Positions 36,209-46,099 are shown, counted from the first letter of the stretch. The stretch is 64,000 nt of DNA from Candidatus Woesearchaeota archaeon (GCA_016187465.1 JACPJQ010000005.1:163183-227182); one strand, 5' to 3'. Made by a program: numbers and translations. The notes: generated by a model from the sequence alone, not told the origin.

Positions 36209-36727
36209 ATGGCAGTTATAAAGTCAAAAAAATTCGTCATAAGACCGTACAAAAAAGGTGACGAGATATTACTACAAAGAAACATTAATGATAAGGCTGT
36301 CTGCAAGTATACGCTTAGGATTCCTTATCCGTATACAATAAAAGAAGCTAAAGATTGGATAAGCCGGTGCATTAAATCAAAAAATGGTAAAAATAAAAAA
36401 GAAATCCATTTTGCAATTGATGTTAATGGCGAAGTTATCGGCGGTATGGGCTTCATCAAGATAGAAAAACACAAGGCGGAAATCGGGTATTGGCTTGGTA
36501 AAAAATACTGGAACAGGGGGATTATGACCGAAGCGGTGAAATTGATGGTGAATTTTGGGTTCAAAAAACTGAAACTCGTAAGGATCTATGCTCAAATTTT
36601 CAGCAAAAACAGGCGTTCAGCAAGAGTATTGGAAAAAAATGGCTTCAGGTTTGAAGGCTTGTTGAGAAAAGAGATTTATAAAAATAACAAGTTATCCGAC
36701 GCTATACTGTACGCAAAAATAAAATGA
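36209..36727 (+). CDS. GNAT N-acetyltransferase (RimJ/RimL-like)
   Basis: 172 aa. FVIRPYKKGD, IGYWLGKKYWNRGIMTEAVKLMVNFGF, SARVLEKNGFRFEG. Confidence 0.85.
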   Translation: MAVIKSKKFVIRPYKKGDEILLQRNINDKAVCKYTLRIPYPYTIKEAKDWISRCIKSKNGKNKKEIHFAIDVNGEVIGGMGFIKIEKHKAEIGYWLGKKYWNRGIMTEAVKLMVNFGFKKLKLVRIYAQIFSKNRRSARVLEKNGFRFEGLLRKEIYKNNKLSDAILYAKIK

Positions 36728-37281
36728 ACTTCTTCATAATTCACGGAGTTTATGCAAATCCGGAAGCGAACTGGTTTCCATGGCTTAAGAAAGAATTGGA
36801 AAATAAAGGTTTTGAGGTTATTGTTCCAAAATTCCCAACACCCCTAGACCAATCTTTAGAAAGCTGGATGCGGACTATTGCAAAATATGAGGGTAGAATA
36901 AACAAAGAGACCGTTTTAATAGGCCACAGCCTGGGCGCGACATTTATACTGAACTACCTTGAAAATACGGGCAAAAAAATAAACGCAGCTTGCTTGATTG
37001 CGCCATTCCATAAACTATTAGGAAGTCCATACGACAAATTGAACAAGACATTTATAGACAAGCAGTTTGACTGGGAAAAAATCAAAAGCAGTTGCAGTAA
37101 ATTTTTCATTTTTGCATCAGATAACGACAAGTACATTCCTTTCGATATTACAAAAGAATTAATTAAAAAATTAAATGCAAAATTCAGTCTTGTTCCGAAT
37201 GGCGGCCATCTCAACAAAGAATCAGGCTACGACAAGCTTCCCATTCTGCTGGAAACAATAAAAACTGAATTAGGATTTTAA
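36724..37281 (+). CDS. Alpha/beta serine hydrolase, YdeN/RBBP9-like
   Basis: 185 aa. FIIHGVYANPEANWFPWLKKELE and the nucleophile elbow IGHSLGA. 4-nt overlap with the GNAT gene. Confidence 0.8.
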   Translation: MNFFIIHGVYANPEANWFPWLKKELENKGFEVIVPKFPTPLDQSLESWMRTIAKYEGRINKETVLIGHSLGATFILNYLENTGKKINAACLIAPFHKLLGSPYDKLNKTFIDKQFDWEKIKSSCSKFFIFASDNDKYIPFDITKELIKKLNAKFSLVPNGGHLNKESGYDKLPILLETIKTELGF

Positions 37282-38540
37282 GTGTGCATTTTATGCTCTT
37301 TTGTGTAATAAACCAAAAATAGGCTTAACACCAAAAGAGTGCTTCCTATTAAGATATAGGCAATAGGCGCGCTCAGGAATTCTGCAAGCCACCCTATTAT
37401 GAAGTTTCCCAAAGAAGTCAATCCAAACCCGAGGAAAAGCGTGCTCAGGACCCTTCCGCGATATACGTCATCTGTCATAAGCTGCAAAATAGTATTGTTG
37501 GTTGCATTAAACGTTGAGAACGAAAAACCAAGCATGACAAGCAGGATTATAAAAATAAAAAGATAATTTGAAAGATAAATTGCCGCTATCCCGAAAAACA
37601 CCAGCAAAAAACCAAAACTAATAAACGAAAATATCATTGCTTTCTTTACTTTTTCCTTTGAGCGCACTCCAGAGAATAAGGATCCAACAAGAGCGCCTAT
37701 GCCTGCAATTGAAAACATATAGCCATAGCCTTTTGCGCCGATATGAAAGTAATCCTTTGCAAAAACCGGAAGCAAAGTTGTGTACGGCAGCCCAACTGCA
37801 ACCATGAGGAAAGAAAATAAAGCCACAGTAAAGATTATTTTATGGTTAAACACATAAACAGCGCCTTCCTTAATGCTTTGGGTTAAAGATTTTTTATGGT
37901 CTTTCATCTGTCTTGGAATTTTCATAATGTAAAGAGCCCATATGACAGCCAGAAAACTGACGGCATTAAGCAGCAATGCATATTTAATCCCTAAAGTCCC
38001 TACAATAAGCCCGCCAAGTGCAGGCCCCAAAACCAGCGTAAGCGTGAGTGAAGCCCCGTTTAAAGCTACCGCATTTACAAGTGCTTCTCTTGGAACTAAC
38101 TCAGATATTAGAGACTGTCTTATCGGCAGGTTAAAAGAGTTTGCAATGCCCTGCAATATTCCTATTGATATAAGGGGGTATACTGTTAATTTTCCAGAAA
38201 AAGCCAAAAATGCCAACACAAATGACAGAAGCATTGCAGTACTCTGAGAGTATAGCATAAGTTTTCTTCGCTCGTATTTATCAGCCAAAGCCCCGGCTAT
38301 CAAAGTGAAGAAAAGGATAGGCAATGACCTTGCCAGATTAAAAAGTCCAAGATAAAAAGGCGAGTTAGTCATTTCATAAACCAGCCAATTCAAAGCAACA
38401 ATCTCAAGAAAGTCCCCTGTGCTTGATATGACAGCGCCAGTCCAGAGCAATCTAAAGTTTCTGTACTTCAAAGAAGAAAACATAGCTTTGAATTTATTTT
38501 CTTTTTTCTCGATGGCGGCATTCATAACTAATGCAATCAA
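37278..38540 (-). CDS. MFS transporter
   Basis: 420 aa with about 12 hydrophobic segments. It has the MFS-type loop GALADKYERRKLM after TM2. Confidence 0.85.
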   Translation of the reverse strand: MIALVMNAAIEKKENKFKAMFSSLKYRNFRLLWTGAVISSTGDFLEIVALNWLVYEMTNSPFYLGLFNLARSLPILFFTLIAGALADKYERRKLMLYSQSTAMLLSFVLAFLAFSGKLTVYPLISIGILQGIANSFNLPIRQSLISELVPREALVNAVALNGASLTLTLVLGPALGGLIVGTLGIKYALLLNAVSFLAVIWALYIMKIPRQMKDHKKSLTQSIKEGAVYVFNHKIIFTVALFSFLMVAVGLPYTTLLPVFAKDYFHIGAKGYGYMFSIAGIGALVGSLFSGVRSKEKVKKAMIFSFISFGFLLVFFGIAAIYLSNYLFIFIILLVMLGFSFSTFNATNNTILQLMTDDVYRGRVLSTLFLGFGLTSLGNFIIGWLAEFLSAPIAYILIGSTLLVLSLFLVYYTKEHKMHT

Positions 38541-38613
38541 TGGTTAATTTAAATAAGTTGCTGAATAAAAAATAAGTAAATTTAAAAATATTCGAAATTG
38601 GGTGCTTGGCTGA

Positions 38614-39114
38614 ATGGACATTTTTGCACATAGCTTGTGGAGTTATGCAGTTTTCCACAAAAAGAAGTATGTTTGGCTGGCAATTTTGTTTGGAGTATTG
38701 CCGGATTTTCTTTCTTTTGGCATTCTGTTCATTATGAATTTGATTAATGGAAGCCTGAGGAGTGGACCTCCTTCACTAAGTTCGCTGCCTGACTGGCTTT
38801 TTGCTGCCTACAACATGACCCACAGCTTTGTGATATTTTTGCTGGTATTGTTCATTACATATCTGCTAACCAAAAAATGGTTTTGGCCTTTGACGGCTTG
38901 GGCGCTCCACATACTGATTGACATACCGACTCATTCATTCAGGTTTTTTCCCACCCCATTTTTATGGCCAATAACTGGCTACAAGTTTGACGGAATAAGC
39001 TGGGCAACTCCTTGGTTTATGATTTTGAATTACTCTGCCTTGATGATTGTGTTTATTTTGATTGCACATAACAGTGCTCAGGCGAATAAGGCAACAAAGT
39101 TTAAAAAACATTAG
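38614..39114 (+). CDS. Integral membrane protein, function unknown
   Basis: 166 aa with 4-5 hydrophobic segments and His-rich ends (MDIFAHSLW, HILIDIPTHSF). Confidence 0.65.
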   Translation: MDIFAHSLWSYAVFHKKKYVWLAILFGVLPDFLSFGILFIMNLINGSLRSGPPSLSSLPDWLFAAYNMTHSFVIFLLVLFITYLLTKKWFWPLTAWALHILIDIPTHSFRFFPTPFLWPITGYKFDGISWATPWFMILNYSALMIVFILIAHNSAQANKATKFKKH

Positions 39115-39128
39115 AGGATTCTTATTTT

Positions 39129-39827
39129 ATGGACGAAATAGATAAATTGAGGGACGAATATGCCAGTAAAAAGGCAAAGATAGAGGAAAGGCTTGACCAA
39201 TTCCAGAAATTCTTTAACGAGCCTTATTCATGGTTTTACAGGGAAGGCAATTTGATTCTTCTTCCCGTTGAAAGGAAAGATGACGAGAGAATATTTGAGG
39301 AGTTGTGCTTCTGCATTTTTACTGCAAACACAAGCGCTGAGATGGGGGCAAGGGCAGTCGATGCTGTCAGGAGCGTCCTGACTGATGGCAGCGCAGAGGA
39401 AATGACAAGAAGGCTTGAAGGTGTTTATCGCTTCAACAACGTAAGGCCGGCTCACATAGTCCACACAAGAAACTACTTGAAAGATTCATTTAATTTCCAA
39501 TTAAAGAGCAAGATAAAATCCTTTAAAGACAAAAATGAGTTGAGGGATTTTTTTGCATTGAAGAAGGATATTAAAGGACTTGGAATGAAAGAAGCATCTC
39601 ATTTCCTGAGGAACATTGGATTTAAGGGGTATGCGATTCTTGACAAGCACATAATAAATTCAATGTGTGAATTTGGTATTTTAAAATCCAATGACAAGCC
39701 GAAAAAACCAAAAGAATACCTTGAGATTGAGAAAAAATTCATAGATTTCTCAAAACAAGTTGGAATTGACATGGATGAATTGGATTTGCTGCTCTGGAGC
39801 AGAAAAAACGGAAGGATTTTGAAATGA
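39129..39827 (+). CDS. ogg: 8-oxoguanine DNA glycosylase/AP lyase, archaeal Ogg2 type (HhH-GPD)
   Basis: 232 aa. ELCFCIFTANTSAEMGARAV and IKGLGMKEASHFLRNIGFKGYAILDKHI (HhH, catalytic Lys and Asp). Confidence 0.85.
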   Translation: MDEIDKLRDEYASKKAKIEERLDQFQKFFNEPYSWFYREGNLILLPVERKDDERIFEELCFCIFTANTSAEMGARAVDAVRSVLTDGSAEEMTRRLEGVYRFNNVRPAHIVHTRNYLKDSFNFQLKSKIKSFKDKNELRDFFALKKDIKGLGMKEASHFLRNIGFKGYAILDKHIINSMCEFGILKSNDKPKKPKEYLEIEKKFIDFSKQVGIDMDELDLLLWSRKNGRILK

Positions 39828-40963
39828 ATATTAGAAAGGCAAAATTAGCAGACGCACAAACCATCAGTAAAATTATGTGCGACACAATTAAATATTCCAA
39901 CAGCAAAGATTACACTCCAAATCAAATAAAAGTTTGGTTAAATACTAATAATGTTGCAAAAGTTAAGGAACGGATTAAAAATCCCGATAAGGTAACTTTT
40001 ATTATCCTTGATGATAATAAAATTGTTGGAACATCAACCCTGAACTTAAAGGAAAGAGAATTAGGTTCTCTATACGTTAAACATAGGGTTCACAGCAAAG
40101 GCATTGGGACAAAATTGCTAGAATTTGTCGAGAATTTTGCTGAAAAGAAAAAATTCGAGAAATTGATGTTAGGTTCTACGTTGACATCACTTGGCTTTTA
40201 TAAAAATAGGGGTTATAAAATTATAAATAAGAAGCATAATGTAGTTATTGATGGTATAAAAATACCAACAATTGTAATGTCAAAAAAAATTATACAAAAT
40301 ATGCCGAAAATAAAAAACATTGGCAAAATAATAACTTTATTAAAAAAAGAAGTCAAGGATTTTGAAAATCCTGTTGTCTCAAAAATAGGCGAGATACAGA
40401 AAGACCCATTTAAGGTCTTGATTTCTTGTATATTGAGTCTAAGAACACAGGATAAAACAACAGGGCATGTTGCCTTAAAACTTTTTGAAGCAGCTGATAA
40501 TCCCAAAAAACTGGCTGATATGCCCCTAAAAAGAATACAAAAGATCATAAAGCCGGTAAACTACTATATTACTAAATCCAATCGAATAAAAGAAATATCA
40601 AAAACTTTGATTAAAAAGTACAAAGGAAAAGTGCCAGACGCATTTGAAGAATTGATGAAATTGAAGGGTGTCGGCAAGAAAACTGCTGCAATAACAATGG
40701 TGTACGGCCATCAAAAAGCAGATTATATACCAACTGACACACATGTCCATGTTATCAGTAACCGGTTAGGCTGGGTAAAAACCAAAAATGCCGAGCAGAC
40801 AATGGATGAGTTAATGAAAGTCGTGCCGAAAAAATACTGGCATGATTTAAATGATTTGATGGTATTGCATGGGCAGAATGTTTGCATTACCCTGTCTCCA
40901 TTTTGCTCCAAATGCGGGATAAATCAGTATTGCCCGAGAATTGGAGTGACCAGAAGCCGCTGA
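39824..40963 (+). CDS. nth: GNAT acetyltransferase fused to endonuclease III (Nth)
   Basis: Residues 1 to ~160 are GNAT (LYVKHRVHSKGIGTKLLEFVENFA, FYKNRGY). The rest is EndoIII: FKVLISCILSLRTQDKTT, LMKLKGVGKKTAAITMVYG, IPTDTHVHVISNRLGWV, and the Fe-S ligands CITLSPFCSKCGINQYC. ATGA overlap with ogg. Confidence 0.85.
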   Translation: MNIRKAKLADAQTISKIMCDTIKYSNSKDYTPNQIKVWLNTNNVAKVKERIKNPDKVTFIILDDNKIVGTSTLNLKERELGSLYVKHRVHSKGIGTKLLEFVENFAEKKKFEKLMLGSTLTSLGFYKNRGYKIINKKHNVVIDGIKIPTIVMSKKIIQNMPKIKNIGKIITLLKKEVKDFENPVVSKIGEIQKDPFKVLISCILSLRTQDKTTGHVALKLFEAADNPKKLADMPLKRIQKIIKPVNYYITKSNRIKEISKTLIKKYKGKVPDAFEELMKLKGVGKKTAAITMVYGHQKADYIPTDTHVHVISNRLGWVKTKNAEQTMDELMKVVPKKYWHDLNDLMVLHGQNVCITLSPFCSKCGINQYCPRIGVTRSR

Positions 40964-41005
40964 TTTTTAGAAAATTATATATACCAATATAAAAAAGAAA
41001 ATACC

Positions 41006-42019
41006 ATGCCTAAAAGTTTTAAAATAGCCTTTTTTGAGCTTGAGCCCTGGGAAAAAGAACATTTTATAAAAAACTTAAAAAATTGTGAGATGCAGTTTAT
41101 TGATGAGTATTTAAATGAGAGCAACGCAATCCAAATAAAAGATGCCGATGCAATCGGAATTTTTGTCTATTCTGTTGTCAATAAAGAAGTATTGGACAAT
41201 CTTCCAAATCTTAAATTAATTGCTACTTTATCAACCGGCTTCGACCATATTGATTTAGTTGAATGCAGAAAAAGAGGGATGACTGTTTGCAACGTGCCTC
41301 ATTACGGCGAAAACACAGTTGCAGAGCATACTTTTGCTTTAATCCTGAATTTGACTAGGAAGATCCATAAGGCCTATGAGAGAACCACAAAAGGCGATTT
41401 CTCCCTTGATGGACTGAGAGGAATTGATTTGCAGGGCAAGACTCTCGGAGTTGTGGGAACCGGAAGCATCGGCCAGCATGTAATAAGAATTGCAAAAGGC
41501 TTTGAGATGAATGTTATCGCTTTTGACAAGTATAAAATGCTGAAATTGGCAAGAAATCTTGGGTTCAGATACGTGACATTTGATAATTTGTTAAAAAATT
41601 CAGATATTGTAACGGTTCACGTGCCTTACGACAAATCGACCCACCACCTTATCAGCGATAATTCTATTTCAAAGATGAAAAAAGGCGTTTTGATAATAAA
41701 CACTGCAAGGGGCGGCATAATTGACACAGCTGCGCTGCTTGAGGCTGTAAAATCCGGCAAAATTGCAGGGGCCGGGCTTGATGTTCTTGAGGAGGAATGC
41801 TTTATCAAGGAGGAAAAGCAGATATTGTCTCAGCATTTTCTTAAGGAATGCGACTTAAAAACAGTCCTTCAAAACCATATGCTACTGAAGCAGGAAAATG
41901 TCATAATAACCCCCCATAACGCTTTTAACAGCTGGGAAGCCCTGCACAGGATTCTTGATACAACAATCCTGAACATCATCTCGTTCTTGAAGAAAAAACC
42001 GGTTAATATAGTAAGATAA
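41006..42019 (+). CDS. D-isomer-specific 2-hydroxyacid dehydrogenase
   Basis: 337 aa. NAD fold GKTLGVVGTGSIGQHVIRIAKGFEMNVIAFD, then INTARGGIIDTAAL and ITPHNAF. Confidence 0.9.
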   Translation: MPKSFKIAFFELEPWEKEHFIKNLKNCEMQFIDEYLNESNAIQIKDADAIGIFVYSVVNKEVLDNLPNLKLIATLSTGFDHIDLVECRKRGMTVCNVPHYGENTVAEHTFALILNLTRKIHKAYERTTKGDFSLDGLRGIDLQGKTLGVVGTGSIGQHVIRIAKGFEMNVIAFDKYKMLKLARNLGFRYVTFDNLLKNSDIVTVHVPYDKSTHHLISDNSISKMKKGVLIINTARGGIIDTAALLEAVKSGKIAGAGLDVLEEECFIKEEKQILSQHFLKECDLKTVLQNHMLLKQENVIITPHNAFNSWEALHRILDTTILNIISFLKKKPVNIVR

Positions 42020-43288
42020 TTAAATCCCAACTCCCTGGAAAATCACTTGGTAAAGTAAATAAGCATTAAAACCTAAAATTACAATTGAAAAAATAACTGC
42101 AAATACATTTGTGATTTTTTTATTTACCAGTTCTTTCATAATATCCTTATTTGAAGTGTAAATAATCAATGGTATTAAAGGCAGTGGAATAAGCAAGCTT
42201 AATGCGACTTGGCTTAAAACAAGTATTCTTAACGGTTCTATGCCAAGTATAACTGCAATAGTGACTGGTATGATATTAATGAATCTTGTTATGACCCTTC
42301 TTAGCCATAGTGGTATTCTAAATCCTGTTAAGCCGTCCATAACTGATTGCCCTGCTAATGTGCCTGTGACTGAAGAAGAGACTCCGGAAGAAAGCAGTGC
42401 CAATGCAAATACAAATGCGGCAAAATTTCCAAATAAAGGTATTAAAGTTTTATATGCCTGGTCGAGAGTCGCCACAGGTATTCCGGCTTTGTGAAAAGCA
42501 GCTGCTGACATAATTATAATCGCTGCATTAATTAAACCAGCAATAGTCAAAGAAACTACATTGTCTATTAAATGATATTTTAAAGTTTTCAGTTTGCTTC
42601 CGAAATTTGCATTAATTATCTTATTTTTAATGAGCCACGAATGGACAAACAAAGCATGCGGCATGACTGTTGCTCCTATGATGCCAACTGCAATCAAAGC
42701 GCTCTCTTTTGTCAGTATAGGCTTCACAGAATGCAAAAGAATTGACGACATATCCGGCTTTGTGATAAAAAGCTCATACACATAGCCCAAGCCGATTATA
42801 GATACAAATATAATAAATGACTGCTCCAAAGTCCTGAATCTTTTTTGAGTTAGTAACAGGATAAGCAGAACATCAGCAACTGCAATGTAAGTGCCCCACA
42901 GCAACGGAATCCCGAAAAGCAAATTCAAAGCAACAACAATTCCGAGAAATTCCGCCAAGTCAGTAGCCAAAATAACTATTTCGGCCAAAATCCAGTACGA
43001 AAGCACAAGCCATTTCTTTTTTAGCTTTTCCTTTACCAGTTCTGGCAAAGAATAGCCTGCAATTCCCAGCTTTCCAGATAAATATTGGAAAAGCATTGCC
43101 ATTCCGGAAGCCAGCCATACAACCCAAAGCAAGTCATAATTGAAAGAGGCTCCTCCGCTGATGTCAGTTCCCCAGTTACCTGGATCCATATAAGCAGTAC
43201 TTACAATTAATCCAGAGCCCATAAACGCCAAAAGTTTTCTGTCAGAAAATATTTTAAAATAATTCATAAATTTTTGAAAGATAGCCAT
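42020..43288 (-). CDS. mntH: NRAMP-family divalent metal (Mn/Fe) transporter
   Basis: 422 aa. AYMDPGNWGTDISGGASFNYDLLWVV (DPGN motif) and GATVMPHALFVHS. Confidence 0.9.
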   Translation of the reverse strand: MAIFQKFMNYFKIFSDRKLLAFMGSGLIVSTAYMDPGNWGTDISGGASFNYDLLWVVWLASGMAMLFQYLSGKLGIAGYSLPELVKEKLKKKWLVLSYWILAEIVILATDLAEFLGIVVALNLLFGIPLLWGTYIAVADVLLILLLTQKRFRTLEQSFIIFVSIIGLGYVYELFITKPDMSSILLHSVKPILTKESALIAVGIIGATVMPHALFVHSWLIKNKIINANFGSKLKTLKYHLIDNVVSLTIAGLINAAIIIMSAAAFHKAGIPVATLDQAYKTLIPLFGNFAAFVFALALLSSGVSSSVTGTLAGQSVMDGLTGFRIPLWLRRVITRFINIIPVTIAVILGIEPLRILVLSQVALSLLIPLPLIPLIIYTSNKDIMKELVNKKITNVFAVIFSIVILGFNAYLLYQVIFQGVGI

Positions 43289-43297
43289 TTTATTCCT

Positions 43298-44512
43298 TCA
43301 ACCCAAAACCAAGAATCCTGTAGCATACATTATCAAAAGTCCAGCTAAAAAGCCAAGGACATTTGCTATCGTAAAAAGAGAGAGCCATCTTCCTTTTGCC
43401 ATGTAATGCATTATGTCATATGCAACATCAAAAATTGCGCCTGCCCCAATTGAAAGAAACAATACAGCCAATACAGGAGAATACGCAAATCCCCCTACGA
43501 CTGCGCCGATTATTGTAGGCGCTCCCGCCAGTAATCCCATTATAATGAGATGAAAATAGAAATTGCCCACTTGCCTTACGAATCTGGTCAATGGGGCAAC
43601 TATTGCAACTCCCTCAGTAACATTGTGAATCATAAATCCAATCACAAGCAGGCTTCCTAATGCAACCTCCCCAACTGCGTATGCGCTTCCTATTGCAAGC
43701 CCTTCGCCTAGATTATGCAATCCTATCCCAAGTGCAATCAAATAACCAAAAATTAAAGCTTGAAAATGTTCGCCTTTAATTTGCCTGTGGTGCTCTGACT
43801 TGTAGCTTATCGCAGATAGCGTGAGTACAGCAAGAGTAAAGCCGATTAGTATAATTCCGGTTCCGTTATACGCGCTTGGTATTATTTCCAAAAGATCAAA
43901 TGACTCTGCAAGAGCATCAAACCCAAGGAATATAAGCAATCCGACAGTCAAAGCAAGCAAAAAGCCGTACCATCTTTCCTTTAGCATTCTCAAAAACGGA
44001 AGCCAGAGCAATCCAAGCAGGACTGGAATAACACCCACATAAATTCCAAGCAGCGCAAATGTTTTTAGGTAAAAACTGTTAAATACGGGTGTTATAGAAG
44101 CAACTTCAATTTCTTTTTCAAAAACAACGCCATTTCTTGAGATTAGTTTTATTACTTCCGCATCCCCTTCAAGCCAAGGATAGTCAATACCAATCAGTCC
44201 CTTGTCAAGCGGATTAAGGGTATTGCTTGGAAACATTGCAAATTTCCAGTATGCATCGTTTACAAGAACCTGCGCAATTGTAACCGGCTCAGGCCCGTCA
44301 TTGAAAACTTCAACGCTTATATGCTCAGGGGAAAAAACAACCCTTTGGATAAATACCTTTTCAATAGGAACTATGTTTGACTTGAATACGCCAAGCGGCC
44401 CGAATTTGACAAAAATCAATAATAAAATTCCAACCAGTATAAGAGGCAGCAATGCCTTTGTCCAGAATTTTATCCTGCCGGCACTTTGGGCAATGGGATT
44501 TTTATCTTCCAT
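43298..44512 (-). CDS. ZIP-family metal transporter with N-terminal extra domain
   Basis: C-terminal GIGLHNLGEGLAIGSAY and GFMIHNVTEGVAIVAPL (ZIP TM4/5 signatures). I chose the ATG at 44512 (MEDKNPIAQ) because it abuts the upstream stop at 44514; the track start at 44575 overlaps that gene. Confidence 0.82.
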   Translation of the reverse strand: MEDKNPIAQSAGRIKFWTKALLPLILVGILLLIFVKFGPLGVFKSNIVPIEKVFIQRVVFSPEHISVEVFNDGPEPVTIAQVLVNDAYWKFAMFPSNTLNPLDKGLIGIDYPWLEGDAEVIKLISRNGVVFEKEIEVASITPVFNSFYLKTFALLGIYVGVIPVLLGLLWLPFLRMLKERWYGFLLALTVGLLIFLGFDALAESFDLLEIIPSAYNGTGIILIGFTLAVLTLSAISYKSEHHRQIKGEHFQALIFGYLIALGIGLHNLGEGLAIGSAYAVGEVALGSLLVIGFMIHNVTEGVAIVAPLTRFVRQVGNFYFHLIIMGLLAGAPTIIGAVVGGFAYSPVLAVLFLSIGAGAIFDVAYDIMHYMAKGRWLSLFTIANVLGFLAGLLIMYATGFLVLG

Positions 44513-44513
44513 T

Positions 44514-45665
44514 TTAATCTGCCACCTCGAAGAATCCCATCCAGCCGAGCTCTGTGAATTCAGATACATGGGCATGGAACATGTACATTCCGGGATATTT
44601 GAACCTTACATCAAGAATGCTTCTTTCCCCCTGCGCCAATGAAATTATGTCCGTATAAGTATGTGGTTTCTGGTTTGTCCCAGTCCCATACTCATCAAAG
44701 AAAGTTGCATGAAGATGGAATGAATTTATAGGGTCGAATTCTACAATATTAATCAAGTAGATTCTTATTAATTCATCTTTCTTTACTTTAATTGGATTCA
44801 ATGTGTAGTAAAATGCTTTTGTATTGACTGCGTAAACTTCATTTTCCCCGTCCAGGTTTGTGTCAAAAGCATTCATCACCATAACAAGCTCCTTATTGGG
44901 CTTTGGCCTTGTATCGTTTTTAGGGTCTACAATGTAAGCACCATACAGGCCTTTGGAGATATGCTGTTTTAGCGGAACAGAATGGCAATGGAATAAATGA
45001 ACACCAAAAGGATCGGCATCAAATTCATAAGTGAAATTCTGCCCGGGATAAACAAAATCTTCAGGCATAGAGCCATCCATGCTCGAAGGATGAAATCCGT
45101 GAAAATGCATCGTATGGGGTTTAGTTCCTTTATTTTCAAAATGAATTCTGATCCTATCTCCTTCTGTCGCCCTTATTGTTGGTGCCGGAACCTGCCCGTT
45201 ATATGTCCATGCTGGAAAGAAAACTCCAGGAGCAATTTCAATTTCCTTGTCTTCCGCATAAATCCAGTATTCCCTTAGCAAACTCCCGTCAGCGCGTTTT
45301 GTTTCTCTGTAATATTTGCTTCTTTCATTTGCTGGAAGATGGTTATAATTCCATGTTGAAAGGTATTCTATTGGGTCAAAATCATTTGAAGGGTAGCTTC
45401 CAACAATTCCGACTTTTTCCTGTGCTGTCCTCTGGGCATCCCTGTGAGATGATTGGAGTTTCTTAAATGATTCCATGCATTCCGGATCTGTTGCAGATGG
45501 TTGCGTGCAATGGCTTGCAGCTTCCTTCATTTTATCAAACTCTGTCTCGGCTTTTACGTCTTTTGCTGAAATCTTGAAGATTGCAAACCCAAAAATTAGA
45601 ATTAAAGCTACAGCTAATGGAATCTTAGCATGCTGCATTATTCCGGTTAATCTTGATTTTTCCAT
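44514..45665 (-). CDS. Multicopper oxidase family protein (two-domain, NirK/laccase-like), membrane-anchored
   Basis: Copper ligand motifs HTMHFHGFH, HLFHCHSVPLKQHISKGLYG and MFHAHVSEFTELGWMG. N-terminal TM helix IPLAVALILIFGFAIF. I chose the start at 45665 (MEKSRL) to avoid overlap with the regulator gene. Confidence 0.82.
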   Translation of the reverse strand: MEKSRLTGIMQHAKIPLAVALILIFGFAIFKISAKDVKAETEFDKMKEAASHCTQPSATDPECMESFKKLQSSHRDAQRTAQEKVGIVGSYPSNDFDPIEYLSTWNYNHLPANERSKYYRETKRADGSLLREYWIYAEDKEIEIAPGVFFPAWTYNGQVPAPTIRATEGDRIRIHFENKGTKPHTMHFHGFHPSSMDGSMPEDFVYPGQNFTYEFDADPFGVHLFHCHSVPLKQHISKGLYGAYIVDPKNDTRPKPNKELVMVMNAFDTNLDGENEVYAVNTKAFYYTLNPIKVKKDELIRIYLINIVEFDPINSFHLHATFFDEYGTGTNQKPHTYTDIISLAQGERSILDVRFKYPGMYMFHAHVSEFTELGWMGFFEVAD

Positions 45666-45675
45666 TTTGGCAGAA

Positions 45676-46074
45676 TTAAAGCGGTATTGGCTTTCCGTGA
45701 GGGTCTGTTTTCGGGTTGCCAAGCAGTTTTCTTATTTTGGCTATTGATTCATCGCTGAAAGCATGCTCCAGCCTGTGAGCTTCCTGGTGTATATTCTTTG
45801 AGTTTATCTTTAACGTGTTTTTCAAGAACAGCTCTATCAATCGGTGCTTTGATGTCAGTTTTTTAGCCATTCTCCGCCCTTTCGCTGTAAACATCAGTCT
45901 TGAGTATTTCTTGTGCGTTACAAGGCCGTCTTTATTGAGTTCCCTAATCATTTCAGACACACTAGGCTTTGAAACATTAAGGTAATGCGCCAAATCGATG
46001 GATTTCATGTACCTTTTTTCTTCTTCCAGGATATATAACCCCCTCAGGTAGTCTTCTTTATTAGGAGTGAACAT
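45676..46074 (-). CDS. DtxR/MntR-family metal-dependent transcriptional repressor
   Basis: 132 aa. EDYLRGLYILEEEKRYMKSIDLAHYLNVSKPSVSEMIRELNKDGLV (wHTH), and HRLIELFL....HQEAHRLEHAFSDE (metal site). Confidence 0.9.
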   Translation of the reverse strand: MFTPNKEDYLRGLYILEEEKRYMKSIDLAHYLNVSKPSVSEMIRELNKDGLVTHKKYSRLMFTAKGRRMAKKLTSKHRLIELFLKNTLKINSKNIHQEAHRLEHAFSDESIAKIRKLLGNPKTDPHGKPIPL

Positions 46075-46080
46075 AGAAAG

Positions 46081-46099
46081 TTAGGTTAGCCTAACTTAT
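46081..46099. promoter_or_regulatory. DtxR/IdeR-type operator (iron box) overlapping the repressor promoter
   Basis: TTAGGTTAGCCTAACTTAT matches 16 of 19 positions of the IdeR/DtxR consensus TTAGGTTAGGCTAACCTAA. It is part of the 20-bp inverted repeat AAGTTAGG-TTAG-CCTAACTT (46078-46097), lies 7 nt upstream of the ATG and abuts a TATATATAA box. Confidence 0.65.

Noticed and set aside
44513-44575. Longer starts that make ZIP overlap MCO by 62 nt, MCO overlap DtxR by 47 nt (45666-45722), FNR overlap trxB (50233-50310) and HNH overlap cobO (31945-31974)
   Set aside because: In each case an internal ATG lies within 1-10 nt of the upstream stop and precedes the conserved part of the protein. The longest-ORF extensions look like read-through artefacts.
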